DNA from: Patescibacteria group bacterium
GTDB taxonomy: Bacteria > Patescibacteriota > Dojkabacteria > J137
Assembly: GCA_016861265.1 (NCBI GenBank)
Contig: BOLA01000001.1
Span: forward strand, 203,569 to 267,568
Length of the DNA: 64,000 nt
Reading direction: 5' to 3'
In this document: one piece after another, positions 30,129 to 40,281 of the stretch
Layout of the letters: each line of letters begins with the position of its first letter
How positions within the stretch are numbered: the first letter of the stretch is position 1
Translations under genes and position numbers: made by a program
The notes under the pieces: model-generated
Database searches by the model: none
Told to the model about the DNA's origin: nothing
Seen by the model: the letters and a program-made list of their open reading frames with translations, nothing else

Positions 30129-30581
30129 TTAAAGAGAAGCGTATTTATCAACAACTTTTTCTATCTCATTTATGTTTACTTCAGAATTGCCTATTACCTT
30201 TCCGTCTTGAACAAAAAGAACTACAGGTGCATACGAAGTAGACATGCTGTTAGCTAATTCACGATTAACTTCGATATCAGTTTCAATGAATTTAATATCT
30301 GAATATTTTTGTGCCGATAATTTGTATAAATTGGACATTGTCTGACAAGGTCCACACCAGCTTGAAGTAAAGAAGATGAAGTTTTTTCCAGATTCAATTT
30401 TATCTGCGATTTTACCTTCAAGTTTTTCGTAATTTGCTGGGATCTCTTTTACTACCGATGATGCAACAATATCTATTTTTAGAATTCCTGTTGCCAATGA
30501 TATTGCCACAATAAATAATCCTAACGCACTCACAATTGCAAAACTTTTTAGTGCAAACTTTCTTTTCTTTTTGGGTAACAT
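30129..30581 (-). CDS. membrane-anchored thioredoxin-family thiol-disulfide oxidoreductase
   Basis: N-terminal TM anchor; WCGPCQ active site. Confidence 0.75.
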   Translation of the reverse strand: MLPKKKRKFALKSFAIVSALGLFIVAISLATGILKIDIVASSVVKEIPANYEKLEGKIADKIESGKNFIFFTSSWCGPCQTMSNLYKLSAQKYSDIKFIETDIEVNRELANSMSTSYAPVVLFVQDGKVIGNSEVNINEIEKVVDKYASL

Positions 30582-30636
30582 TATAAATTTCTAAAATCTG
30601 GTGACATTTATTAGTATACCAGCATCAAGGTAAATA

Positions 30637-31896
30637 TCAAGATTTTTTGTAGAAAGTTGAGAAGAATTCTTTGAATGAAATTCTCTTGCTATACTCCAAT
30701 GCTCCGTACTCAAAGAGCTTAAAGGCAATTATTACAAAAACAATACAATATAACAACAAAGTAACAACTCCTAGAATAATCTCCGGCAATGTTAAAGCAC
30801 CTAGGGCGTTTCTGAATAGAAGCACAAAACTAGCAGTAAATGGAATAAAGCTAAATATTCTTGCAAGATCTCCAGATGGATCCGAAAGAATTATAGTAAT
30901 AAAGTAAATTGGAAATATAGATAAGATTACAAATATTGACGACATACTCTGAGCCTCTTTATATGTTGGACTAGCTGCTCCAACACCTACCATTGTGCAT
31001 GCTAGTATAAAGAAACCAGCGAATGTAAATACAACTCCCAATACAATCTGTCCTATTAACTGACCTAGAGTAATATTCAATGTTCCTAGAGTTGCTCCTA
31101 TGTTGGCAAATGCAGAGCCTTGTCCCCCGAGTAGGGTTGAGGTGGCCGCTAACCCAAGTAATGACAATACAGTCAGTAATAGTACTTGTGTAAATATTAC
31201 ACCTATTAAACCTATAATTTTGCCTAATATTAAATCTCGTGAAGAAATTGATGATAGTACAATCTCCATAACTCTATTTTCTTTTTCCTCGGAAACACTG
31301 AGTAACAAATAGTTAACGGCAAATGTGGTTAGCGTAAAGTAAATAACCAACGAAATTCCAGGAACAAGTAAATCGGATAAACTAAAGTTTGTTTCCTTTC
31401 CTTCTTTGTAGGTTTTAACCTGAAATTCCAGTTCTGAATTGTAGACAGAAATTTTATTAGGATCGCCGAGGTCGGCCAAGATGCTTTGCTTTAATAAATC
31501 CGTAGCTAACTTGTTATAAGATTCGTTAAGGAGTATTCCCTTATCCTGCGAATATATTTGAACACTCTTAGTCGAAACAATATCTGCAGGATAAAAAATT
31601 AATGCATCTGCAGTACCGTTTATAACTTCCGAGATACCTAATTCTAGATCTGTGGCCCTAACTATTTTCTCCGAATATACTTCGGGCTTTATATAATTTG
31701 TACTATCTATTATTAGAACCTTATTTGCATTTGCAGCTTCGTCCTTCAATTTTTCTTCAAGTTGCATTGAAGAATAGCCCGAAATAAAAGACACGACTAC
31801 AATAAATATAGGTAGAAATAATGTAGAAAGCCAAAACGATGGTTTTCTTACAACTTTTATATATTCTCGTTTTGCTACTATTAAACTTTTTTTCAT
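30637..31896 (-). CDS. ABC-2 family transporter permease
   Basis: N-terminal TM, large extracytoplasmic domain, C-terminal 5-6 TM bundle; overlaps the ATPase gene by 4 nt. Confidence 0.7.
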   Translation of the reverse strand: MKKSLIVAKREYIKVVRKPSFWLSTLFLPIFIVVVSFISGYSSMQLEEKLKDEAANANKVLIIDSTNYIKPEVYSEKIVRATDLELGISEVINGTADALIFYPADIVSTKSVQIYSQDKGILLNESYNKLATDLLKQSILADLGDPNKISVYNSELEFQVKTYKEGKETNFSLSDLLVPGISLVIYFTLTTFAVNYLLLSVSEEKENRVMEIVLSSISSRDLILGKIIGLIGVIFTQVLLLTVLSLLGLAATSTLLGGQGSAFANIGATLGTLNITLGQLIGQIVLGVVFTFAGFFILACTMVGVGAASPTYKEAQSMSSIFVILSIFPIYFITIILSDPSGDLARIFSFIPFTASFVLLFRNALGALTLPEIILGVVTLLLYCIVFVIIAFKLFEYGALEYSKRISFKEFFSTFYKKS

Positions 31897-32786
31897 TTGT
31901 TGTTCATAACTTTAATGAATATATCGTTTAACGAAGGAACATTTTCTTCGAGTCTATTTATTCTTATATTATCCGCCAAGTACTTGATTACTTCTTTTTG
32001 AGTCTTGCCGTTTTTAATAAATAATGTTGCCACGTTCTTATTAATTTTTGCAGAAAATAATTCATTCTCTTCTGGTAACTTACCTTCGAAACTAATATGT
32101 ATTGAATTATCAGAATATTTTTCTTTAACTTCAGATAAGTTTCCATATAAGGCAGCTCTACCATCTTTAATCATTAATAATCTGTCAGCAATTTTTTCGA
32201 CTTCTTCCATTTGATGGGTACTGAAGATAATAGTTGAACCAGAATTATTCAAGTCCATTAAAATTGATAGAAGCAATTCTCTATTCACTGGATCTAAACC
32301 TTTTGTAGGCTCATCTAAAATTAGAAGTTTTGGATTATTCATAACAGTTATTCCTAATTGAATTTTTTGCTGCTGTCCTGATGATAGTTTCTTTAACTCT
32401 GATTTTTCTTTATCTTCAAGATCAACCTTTGCCAAGTATTTTTTAGCATTATCTGTGGCCTCAACCTTTGTTAAACCCTTTAGTTGTCCAAAGTATACAA
32501 GTGTTTCTAAAACTCTGGAGGTTAGATACAGACCTCTTTCTTCGGGCAAGTAACCCAGATAAGCTGCCATTTCTGAACTATATACTTTGCCGTTAATTAG
32601 CAACTCTCCTTTATCGGCTTGATAAATATTGAGTAACGTTCTTATCGTTGTAGTTTTTCCACTTCCGTTAGCCCCTAGAAAGGCGAAGATTTCACCTTCA
32701 AATACTTCAAAATTTAAATCATCAATAACTTTCCTGTTACCAAAAGATTTACTAAAATTTTTAACAGAAATAACAGATTTACTCAT
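31893..32786 (-). CDS. ABC transporter ATP-binding protein
   Basis: Walker A GANGSGKTT, signature LSSGQQQK, Walker B LILDEPT. Confidence 0.9.
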   Translation of the reverse strand: MSKSVISVKNFSKSFGNRKVIDDLNFEVFEGEIFAFLGANGSGKTTTIRTLLNIYQADKGELLINGKVYSSEMAAYLGYLPEERGLYLTSRVLETLVYFGQLKGLTKVEATDNAKKYLAKVDLEDKEKSELKKLSSGQQQKIQLGITVMNNPKLLILDEPTKGLDPVNRELLLSILMDLNNSGSTIIFSTHQMEEVEKIADRLLMIKDGRAALYGNLSEVKEKYSDNSIHISFEGKLPEENELFSAKINKNVATLFIKNGKTQKEVIKYLADNIRINRLEENVPSLNDIFIKVMNNK

Positions 32787-32825
32787 AATTAGATTTTAGC
32801 TCTACTAAACAGAAGGGGCAAGATA

Positions 32826-33107
32826 TTAAAGATTTGGTGTCTTTACCACGAAAAATTCATAATTCTTATCTTGTGTTGAATCTACTGTTTTTAATTCTCC
32901 AAAGCCGGAATCGGAAATATATTCTTTAGCATTAATTGTAACCGAGTATACTGCTTTGGGTATATAAAATTTCGCAACTCCTGAACTATTAGTTTTACCA
33001 ATTGCTACAAGTGCTCTATTGCTATCTCTCAATTCAACAAATGCATTGTTTATGCCCGAACCAGATACCTTATCGATAATTTTTATCTTTATAAGCGGTT
33101 GTTCCAT
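32826..33107 (-). CDS. small protein with a carboxypeptidase-regulatory-like (transthyretin-like) beta-sandwich pattern; may be fused to the upstream 65-aa TM ORF through a frameshift
   Basis: KIIDKVSGSGINNAFVEL...SSGVAKFYIPKAVYSV pattern; the 33070-33267 ORF (TM helix) overlaps it by 38 nt in another frame. Confidence 0.4.
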   Translation of the reverse strand: MEQPLIKIKIIDKVSGSGINNAFVELRDSNRALVAIGKTNSSGVAKFYIPKAVYSVTINAKEYISDSGFGELKTVDSTQDKNYEFFVVKTPNL

Positions 33108-33362
33108 AAATTACTCCTTCATAGGACTCATAGAAGTTAAAATATGGCGGAGTAGTTTCGTCTGCTCGTAGACTAATAAAAACTATTGAAGCTACAAGAA
33201 AAAATAGAATAACCGAAACTATTTTTAAAGAAATTCTATTAATTTTTGAAGAAACTAATAAACCCATTTACACAATATAGTGAAATTTATTTAACATATC
33301 AATAAATTTATGTGTGTGCATAACTATGCTATATTAAAGAAAATAAATTTTAATAATTATTT

Positions 33363-33920
33363 ATGAAATTAATATTTGCAACATCTAATCAAAATAAAAT
33401 AAATGAAGTAAGCAGAATTCTTGGAAATAATCTTGAGATCGAAGGAACATCTTTAGAGATTGATGAAATTCAATCTATTGATCCCGTAAAAGTTGCAGAA
33501 GCAAAAGCAAAGGCATACTTTAATCAATTAAAGACACCATTAATTGTTGAGGATACATCTTTAAGTTTTAATGGTCTCAACGGCTTACCAGGTCCATACA
33601 TTAACGATTTTTCCAAAGCTCTAAGTAACAAAGGATTAATTGATCTTCTTTCAAGCACTGATAACAGACGAGCCGTAGCTCAAGTTACTTTCTGTTTGAT
33701 AGTTGATGAAAATAATATTCATACGTTTGAAGGAAAAGTTGAAGGAACTATTGCTAATCAGGAAAAAGGCACTAATGGTTTTGGTTGGGACCCAATATTT
33801 ATTCCGCTAGGACAGGAAAAAACATTTGCAGAAATGCAGGATTCAGAAAAAGACAACTACTCAATGCGGGCTAAAGCGTTATCTTTGTTGCAGCAGTATA
33901 TAAGCGCAAATCCGTTCTAA
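33363..33920 (+). CDS. rdgB: non-canonical purine NTP pyrophosphatase (RdgB/Ham1 family)
   Basis: MKLIFATSNQNKINE start and the GFGWDPIFIP motif. Confidence 0.9.
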   Translation: MKLIFATSNQNKINEVSRILGNNLEIEGTSLEIDEIQSIDPVKVAEAKAKAYFNQLKTPLIVEDTSLSFNGLNGLPGPYINDFSKALSNKGLIDLLSSTDNRRAVAQVTFCLIVDENNIHTFEGKVEGTIANQEKGTNGFGWDPIFIPLGQEKTFAEMQDSEKDNYSMRAKALSLLQQYISANPF

Positions 33921-33926
33921 CAAAAA

Positions 33927-33942
33927 CCCTCCTTTCGGAGGG
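33927..33942. terminator. bidirectional hairpin terminator CCCTCC-TTTC-GGAGGG between convergent genes
   Basis: perfect 6-bp GC-rich stem; a T-run on the minus-strand side (AAAAA at 33922-33926 on plus). Confidence 0.7.
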
Positions 33943-33947
33943 TTAAT

Positions 33948-34739
33948 CTACTCTATTCCAAAAATAACATTCAAATTTATCGATAACTCTAATTCTCCAG
34001 TTGATAGGCTGGTTGACTTAACACTATCAAATGATGCGCCTTCAGCATTATATGTAACAGGAGCCACTACACCAGTATTTACTGAGTAATCTGTAATACT
34101 AACGGGCTTAAGTAGTCTCACACCGGACAACCTGGATAATTCATCGGCCTTTTGTTTTGCTTTATTGTAGGCAAGTTCCCTCGCTTGATTGTATGCTTCT
34201 TCTTTGTTCTCGAGATCAAAACTAATAGATCCCATCTGAACTTTTTCAACAACAGAAACTTCGTCTATAATTTTTGTGGCCTTGGACGCCTTCTCATCTA
34301 ACCCCTTAATTTTTACAGTAACACCAATACTTGCTCTCTGACCTTTTATTTTACTACCTCCATTTACTGAATAGTCGTACTCAGGATAAATATTAAACTG
34401 TGATGTTTGAATATCTTTATCTTCTATACTATTTGCTCTAAGTATCCCTAGAACTTGGTTCATACGTTCGTTGACTTGTTGCAGAGCGATTGCAGAAGTA
34501 TCTGCAATTTCACTTACTGCGAATGTAATGGTTGCCATATCCGGAGTAACACTTACTCGCCCATCACCTGCAACTGTTATTGTATTTACTATTGCGCCAT
34601 TCTGTTCAACCGAAGTCCCCATATTACGGATATAAATAGGAGTGTTTAACAGTATTACTGCTAAAGCTACTACAGTTAAAACTGCAGCAAAAATTCCAAA
34701 GACAGCTATCAACTGACTTTTGGTTAACGACTGATTCAT
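33948..34739 (-). CDS. SIMPL / DUF541-family periplasmic protein (26-kDa immunogenic protein-like)
   Basis: ITVAGDGRVSVTPDMATITFAVSE near the N-terminus after a TM anchor. Confidence 0.75.
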   Translation of the reverse strand: MNQSLTKSQLIAVFGIFAAVLTVVALAVILLNTPIYIRNMGTSVEQNGAIVNTITVAGDGRVSVTPDMATITFAVSEIADTSAIALQQVNERMNQVLGILRANSIEDKDIQTSQFNIYPEYDYSVNGGSKIKGQRASIGVTVKIKGLDEKASKATKIIDEVSVVEKVQMGSISFDLENKEEAYNQARELAYNKAKQKADELSRLSGVRLLKPVSITDYSVNTGVVAPVTYNAEGASFDSVKSTSLSTGELELSINLNVIFGIE

Positions 34740-34756
34740 TTAATTAATAATAAAAA

Positions 34757-35440
34757 TTAATTCAACGCCGATTTTGCAATTTGATCTGCTTCATCCAGTA
34801 AGTCTACATCACCTGTTTCGATTGTTGCTGTACTTGCGCCGTCGGTTCCAAAACCTGGAAAGAACGAACCTACACATACCGAAAAGCTTGCAACTTCTTC
34901 TACAGTGAAGAATGGTTCACCTAAGTCTGAACAGTCAACACTAGATACATATCGCCAATTATTCTCTCCTTTTTCGGAATATCTTACCAAGTTAGTTCCC
35001 GAAATCTCCTTCCAGTCATGAGTCGATGCTTTTAAACCGTTAGGGAACCCATCCACTCCACCTAAAATTCTTGTGAATTTTAATGCCACACCGCTTTTTC
35101 TTAACGTATATTCATATTTAGATATTACCTTTCCATACTCGGGCTCATAGGCAAAGTCAGTACTCAATTTTGTATTTAACACGCCTACCCATGTGTTAGG
35201 GTATCTAATTTCGATTGATTGACCGTCATCTTTAAAGGTACTATCCGTGGAAGTTGTTGTTGGGACTTCAGGACAGGTTGGTGCTTCTTCAGCTACATTT
35301 GCCATACATGCAGACAGCTCTACATTCTTGATTTTTATTTCGTTCTGAGAGTTCATGTATAGTACTGCAAAGGTCGTTGTGGAAATTATCCCCGCCAAAA
35401 ATAAAATTCCTATACAACCTAATATAAGTATTCGCTTCAT
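34757..35440 (-). CDS. hypothetical secreted / membrane-anchored protein
   Basis: 227 aa with an N-terminal TM. Confidence 0.5.
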   Translation of the reverse strand: MKRILILGCIGILFLAGIISTTTFAVLYMNSQNEIKIKNVELSACMANVAEEAPTCPEVPTTTSTDSTFKDDGQSIEIRYPNTWVGVLNTKLSTDFAYEPEYGKVISKYEYTLRKSGVALKFTRILGGVDGFPNGLKASTHDWKEISGTNLVRYSEKGENNWRYVSSVDCSDLGEPFFTVEEVASFSVCVGSFFPGFGTDGASTATIETGDVDLLDEADQIAKSALN

Positions 35441-35505
35441 AATAAGACGTAAAAATTTAATCTTAATAGAAGTTTATGCGAAAGTTTGGGTAAAGTCCAA
35501 GGAAT

Positions 35506-36183
35506 TTAGTTTGAAGACACAGTCTGAAGTTCGTAGCTGCCTGGATTTATTATTCCAAATTTATTCAAAGGCCAGAGTCGGAAAATTACCTTACCTTGCA
35601 ACCACTCACGCTTTATAAAACCAATGTATCTGGAATCATTGCTTACTGCTCTATTATCCCCCATTACAAAGAATACATCTTGGTCTATTATTTTGTACCC
35701 ATTTACATCGGTCTCTTCCATTTGAACCTTATATTCTTGTCCTTCTTTTAAATTACCTGACTTTGTAAAAGTATTGTCTGGCAAATAATCTTCTACAAGA
35801 AGTTGCCCGTTAACGTATATTCTACCCTTTTCAATTTTAATTGTATCTCCTGGTAATCCGATTATTCTTTTTATCAAGGAACTACCCATGGTAGGCTTAA
35901 AGAAGACAATAACATCTCCTCTGTTATAGCCTAGGCCAAGTGACTTACCAATATCTGATTTGCTGAACCATTGCGGTAATCTATTTGTATACACTCTTTC
36001 GGTATTGTAAAACGTTGGCTCCATTGATGGTCCGTCTACCTCGCTAGGGGTTACAATGCTAAAAATTATAAATGAAAAAATAATAGCCAAAGTAACTGAT
36101 TGCAAGAAATCAATTAAGGCAGATTTTTCCTTTTTTTCACTGAATTCAGATTCAGCCTTATTTCCTTTGAATGGATTCTTCAT
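35506..36183 (-). CDS. lepB: signal peptidase I (paralog 2)
   Basis: S26 motifs DGPSMEPTF (catalytic Ser box), RIIGLPGD and GDNRAVSNDSRY. Confidence 0.85.
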   Translation of the reverse strand: MKNPFKGNKAESEFSEKKEKSALIDFLQSVTLAIIFSFIIFSIVTPSEVDGPSMEPTFYNTERVYTNRLPQWFSKSDIGKSLGLGYNRGDVIVFFKPTMGSSLIKRIIGLPGDTIKIEKGRIYVNGQLLVEDYLPDNTFTKSGNLKEGQEYKVQMEETDVNGYKIIDQDVFFVMGDNRAVSNDSRYIGFIKREWLQGKVIFRLWPLNKFGIINPGSYELQTVSSN

Positions 36184-36800
36184 TATTGATTATAGTTTAT
36201 TGTACCTGTCGGAATTAATCCGAATGTATCGAGTGGAAAGACTCTCAAGAAGACTTTACCCTTTAACCAGTCATTTCTAATAAAACCTAGGTATCTGGAA
36301 TCGTAACTCACAGGTCTATTGTCCCCCATCACAAAAACCGCACCTGGTGGGACTATCTGTGCTTCTCCTCCATCTTCTAAAAAATCACCTCCTTTAGTAT
36401 ACAATGCTGGAGGTAAATAGTCTTCAGAAATTAGTTGATCATTTAAGTAGACCTGACCGTCTCGGATTGCGATTTTATCTCCTGGCAAGGCAACTATTCT
36501 TTTAATAAATGCCGGGTAGTTTGGGATTTGCAGAACTACAACATCGCCTCTGTGGTATTCAAATCCGGTTGTTTTACCTATAGGAGTACCATTAAGCCAT
36601 TGAACCACTCTATTTGCGAAGTAAATTTGCTTAGTATAAAAATTAGGTTCCATCGATGGACCATCGACCTCGTTTGGGGAAATCACGAATAGATATAGAA
36701 TTATCCCAATCGATGTAAGTATTACCAATGATTGTAGTATTATAATAAACCAATTTTTTGGCTTTGGAGCAGGTTTTTCAAAGAAAGGATTTCCTTCCAT
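36183..36800 (-). CDS. lepB: signal peptidase I (paralog 1)
   Basis: DGPSMEPNF, RIVALPGD, GDNRPVSYDSRY; directly upstream of the second paralog. Confidence 0.85.
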   Translation of the reverse strand: MEGNPFFEKPAPKPKNWFIIILQSLVILTSIGIILYLFVISPNEVDGPSMEPNFYTKQIYFANRVVQWLNGTPIGKTTGFEYHRGDVVVLQIPNYPAFIKRIVALPGDKIAIRDGQVYLNDQLISEDYLPPALYTKGGDFLEDGGEAQIVPPGAVFVMGDNRPVSYDSRYLGFIRNDWLKGKVFLRVFPLDTFGLIPTGTINYNQ

Positions 36801-36900
36801 TTAATAGTAGTTAAAAGTGCTAATCTACTAACAATATCATAAAGATTTTTACAATTCTACACAACATTACTGGACTTGTGTGAATTTAAAGTAAACATAA

Positions 36901-36920
36901 AGGCACCCTTCGGGTGCCTT
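36901..36920 (-). terminator. hairpin terminator downstream of the FKBP gene
   Basis: AGGCACCC-TTCG-GGGTGCCT stem-loop 19 nt past the stop. Confidence 0.6.
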
Positions 36921-36938
36921 TAAAAATTTAAAGAAATC

Positions 36939-37394
36939 TTAGTTCTTGAATTCTAGTAATTCGATTTCAAAGTATAAATCTGAATTTGCTGGAATTGAAC
37001 CATAATCTTGTGAGCCATATCCTAATGTTGGAGGTACAGAAAGCTTTCTAACCTCTCCTACCTTCATACCTAATACGCCTTGACTCCAACCTTCAATCAC
37101 TCCCTGACCAACTGTAAATTCAAATGGGGTTCCTCTATCTCTAGAGCTGTCAAATTTAGAGCCATCTGCAAATGTACCCACATAATGTACACTAATCTTA
37201 TCACCTGTCTGAACCTGTCTATCCCCTGTACCCTGAGTTACTGTTTCTGACTTTAGTTCACTTAGATTAGATGTGGATGTAGTTGTTGTATCGTTTTGAA
37301 TTCTTGAATTTTCCACTGGTTTTCCTGTAAAAAATAATATACCAACTAAAAATACTATTACTATTAATGCTGCGACAATTGATTTATTTTCCAT
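36939..37394 (-). CDS. FKBP-type peptidyl-prolyl cis-trans isomerase, membrane-anchored
   Basis: [63 protein letters not shown] core. Confidence 0.85.
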   Translation of the reverse strand: MENKSIVAALIVIVFLVGILFFTGKPVENSRIQNDTTTTSTSNLSELKSETVTQGTGDRQVQTGDKISVHYVGTFADGSKFDSSRDRGTPFEFTVGQGVIEGWSQGVLGMKVGEVRKLSVPPTLGYGSQDYGSIPANSDLYFEIELLEFKN

Positions 37395-37601
37395 AAAAAT
37401 ATTCTTAAAATAGTCAAAATATAATAATTTGAAAGTTCGATTTGGGCAAGAGGAATTTTAGTAGAGCTAGAATACTGCCGCGCACAGCTATAGAGCAGAT
37501 ATATATTTAACCCAGACTTTTCAAATCTCAAAGTATAAATCTGTATTAGAAAACCTTTGATTTCTGTGGTAAAATTCCAAGTCATTTTTAAAAGAAGAAT
37601 T

Positions 37602-39500
37602 ATGTATATAAAGCCCGAACAATCAAAGATAAGAAACATTGCAATAATCGCTCACGTTGACCATGGAAAGACAACCCTTGTAGATGCTTTTCTTAAACAA
37701 ACACATGTTTTTAGAGATAATCAGGAAGAAATGGGACAGGAAATGATCCTTGATTCTGGTGATCTTGAAAGAGAAAAAGGCATTACTATTAAGGCAAAAA
37801 ATATATCAATCAGGTATAGAGGCTATAAAATTAATATTATCGATACTCCTGGTCACGCTGATTTTGGAGGTGAAGTTGAAAGAACACTTAACATGGCGGA
37901 TGGATGCCTACTTTTAGTAGATGCCCAGGAAGGCCCAAAACCTCAAACTAAATTTGTGCTTAAAAAGGCCCTAGAAATGGGTTTAAAGCCAATGGTTGTA
38001 ATTAATAAAATTGACAAGAAATTTAGCGACCCTCAAAAGGTTTTAGACAAGGTTCAAGATTTATTCCTACTTTTAGCTACTGAAGACAGCCAGCTGGAAT
38101 TTCCAGTATTCTATGCAATAGGAAGAGAGGGAAAAGTATTTACCCAATTACCCGAAGGCGACCTTACCGTGGCAAATTCAATAGAAGGAGACATGACTCC
38201 AATTCTTGACGCAATCGTAAACGATTTCCCGGCACCACAAGGTGACGAAAAGGAGCCTTTACAGATGCTTGTTACCAGTTTAGATTACGACCAACATTTG
38301 GGCCGACTGCTAGTAGGCAAAATAAAAAGAGGAACTGTAAAAATTGACGATTCAATTGTGATTCTTCACAACGATACTGCAGAATCCGGAAAAGACACAG
38401 GGAAGATAAAAGGAATAAAGGTAAAGGAAGGTTTAAGTTACGAGGATGTACAAACTGCATCTGCCGGTGAAATTGTTGCAATATCTGGTATCGAGTCAAC
38501 GGCAATAGGAGGAACGCTATGTATATCTAGTCACGTAGAAAGCTTGCCTACTATAAAGATTACTAATCCTTCAGTTCAAATTAAATTCGAAGCCAATACC
38601 TCTCCATTTATGGGTAAGGAAGGTAAATTTGTAACTGCTAAACAATTACAAACAAGAATAGAAAAGGAAGCCGAATTGAATATTTCCCTAAAAATTACGA
38701 AAGGCGATGCGGGAAGTTACTATGTTGCAGGAAGAGGTGAACTACAGCTTGCAATTTTAATAGAAACAATGAGACGAGAAGGTTATGAATTTCAAATTAG
38801 AAAACCTGAAGTGGTTTTTGCTGAAAAAGATGGTGTAAAACAAGAGCCTTTAGAAGAAGTTATAATTGAAGTTCCAGACACATATCAAGGAACAGTACAA
38901 TCCGCACTTAGCGAAAGAAAAGCTGAGCTACAAGATATGGAAGTTGAAAATGGGCAGGTTAAATTCACTTACAAGATTCTAACCAGAAAATTGCTTGGTT
39001 TAAGAAATCAATTATTAACAGCTACCAAAGGTAATATTGTAATGAATAACTATCTTGTTGATTATGTTCCTGTTACTACTATTGAACCAAACTATAGAAG
39101 AGGAGTTTTAATCTCTATGGAAACAGGTACAGCAATGGGATATTCATTAAATACAATTCAAGAAAGAGGTGACTTGTTTATAGAACCCGGAACAAAAGTC
39201 TACGAAGGTATGATTATTGGTCTAAATAAATTTGATTTAGATCTAGAAGTTAACCCTGTTAAGGAGAGACAAAAGTCAGCCGTTAGAATGAAGCACGATG
39301 AAATAACCCAGACTGTACTAAAAGCTATAAAACCCGTTACATTAGAATATGCCTTATTATTCTTAAATGACGATGAATTACTTGAAGTAACTCCAGAAAA
39401 TTTAAGATTGAGAAAACAATATCTTACTAAGACTCAAAGAGATTGGTCAAAAAGAAAGAACCTAAACGACGTTGCAAAACGAGAAATGGGTTTAATATAA
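37602..39500 (+). CDS. typA: translational GTPase TypA/BipA
   Basis: IRNIAIIAHVDHGKTTLVD G1 motif and BipA-specific C-terminal region; the conserved N-terminus begins at the second Met, so the track's 37557 start is probably a 15-codon over-extension. Confidence 0.9.
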   Translation: MYIKPEQSKIRNIAIIAHVDHGKTTLVDAFLKQTHVFRDNQEEMGQEMILDSGDLEREKGITIKAKNISIRYRGYKINIIDTPGHADFGGEVERTLNMADGCLLLVDAQEGPKPQTKFVLKKALEMGLKPMVVINKIDKKFSDPQKVLDKVQDLFLLLATEDSQLEFPVFYAIGREGKVFTQLPEGDLTVANSIEGDMTPILDAIVNDFPAPQGDEKEPLQMLVTSLDYDQHLGRLLVGKIKRGTVKIDDSIVILHNDTAESGKDTGKIKGIKVKEGLSYEDVQTASAGEIVAISGIESTAIGGTLCISSHVESLPTIKITNPSVQIKFEANTSPFMGKEGKFVTAKQLQTRIEKEAELNISLKITKGDAGSYYVAGRGELQLAILIETMRREGYEFQIRKPEVVFAEKDGVKQEPLEEVIIEVPDTYQGTVQSALSERKAELQDMEVENGQVKFTYKILTRKLLGLRNQLLTATKGNIVMNNYLVDYVPVTTIEPNYRRGVLISMETGTAMGYSLNTIQERGDLFIEPGTKVYEGMIIGLNKFDLDLEVNPVKERQKSAVRMKHDEITQTVLKAIKPVTLEYALLFLNDDELLEVTPENLRLRKQYLTKTQRDWSKRKNLNDVAKREMGLI

Positions 39501-39527
39501 AAATAAAATTATAATAGTGTTCAAAGG

Positions 39528-39560
39528 GCTCCAGCCGTAGGCTGGAGCTCTTTATTTATT
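39528..39560 (+). terminator. rho-independent terminator after typA
   Basis: GCTCCAGCC-GTAG-GCTGGAGC followed by TCTTTATTTATT. Confidence 0.8.
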
Positions 39561-39650
39561 GCAATATTAAACAATAATAACTTATAGTAAAAATCTTCTT
39601 TTTTTGTATAAATTTAGGAATATAATCAATTTATTCCTACTTTTTATAGC

Positions 39651-40229
39651 GTGGTTATGGCTAATATTGCTCCAGAACTGGAAATGCAATCACCTTTATC
39701 AGAAGATTTAGATCAGATAAGCCCGGAAACCTTAGTACAAATGCTTACTAACTTTGACGATACAACTCTAGGTGCAACACTTACTCCATTGGCAGGTAGA
39801 TTAGCCGAGAGTCCCGAGATAGCAGCACAATTTATAGATAGTATTATCAAAGAGGCCATAAATTTAGGCATAGATTTATCTCCAACACTCGGTGTGCTAT
39901 TGGAACAAAGACTAATGCAAGTAAAGCTGCCTAATAACAGCATTGAGGAAATTTTAAACGAATTAGCACAAAATCAAGACGATTTAATCCAATTCTTCAA
40001 ACAACTTGATGTAGAGGTTCAAAGACAAATGGGTGCGTTGTATATATACCTGCAAATTAATAGAGGCATTAGCGTAGATGATTACTTTCAGATTGCAAAA
40101 AAACTTAACCTACCCAAATTGCCTAGACAATTATGGGATGTTAGGCGATTTGGAGTATCAAATATGGGAAAAATGAATAGTGAGGTTCCAGCTAATTTAG
40201 ATTACACACCAGACATTCGCGAGGCTTAA
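39651..40229 (+). CDS. hypothetical acidic protein
   Basis: 192-aa ORF. Confidence 0.45.
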   Translation: MVMANIAPELEMQSPLSEDLDQISPETLVQMLTNFDDTTLGATLTPLAGRLAESPEIAAQFIDSIIKEAINLGIDLSPTLGVLLEQRLMQVKLPNNSIEEILNELAQNQDDLIQFFKQLDVEVQRQMGALYIYLQINRGISVDDYFQIAKKLNLPKLPRQLWDVRRFGVSNMGKMNSEVPANLDYTPDIREA

Positions 40230-40281
40230 TTGTCAATTTTAGAATTTACTAATATACTTTAATAGCTATTAGTAAATTCTA

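Noticed and set aside
37557-37601. N-terminal 15-codon extension of typA in the ORF track
   Set aside because: The conserved GTPase N-terminus (YIKPEQSKIRNIAIIAHVDHGKT) begins at the second Met. The extension has no homology and overlaps the antisense ORF 37364-37639, which is itself spurious.
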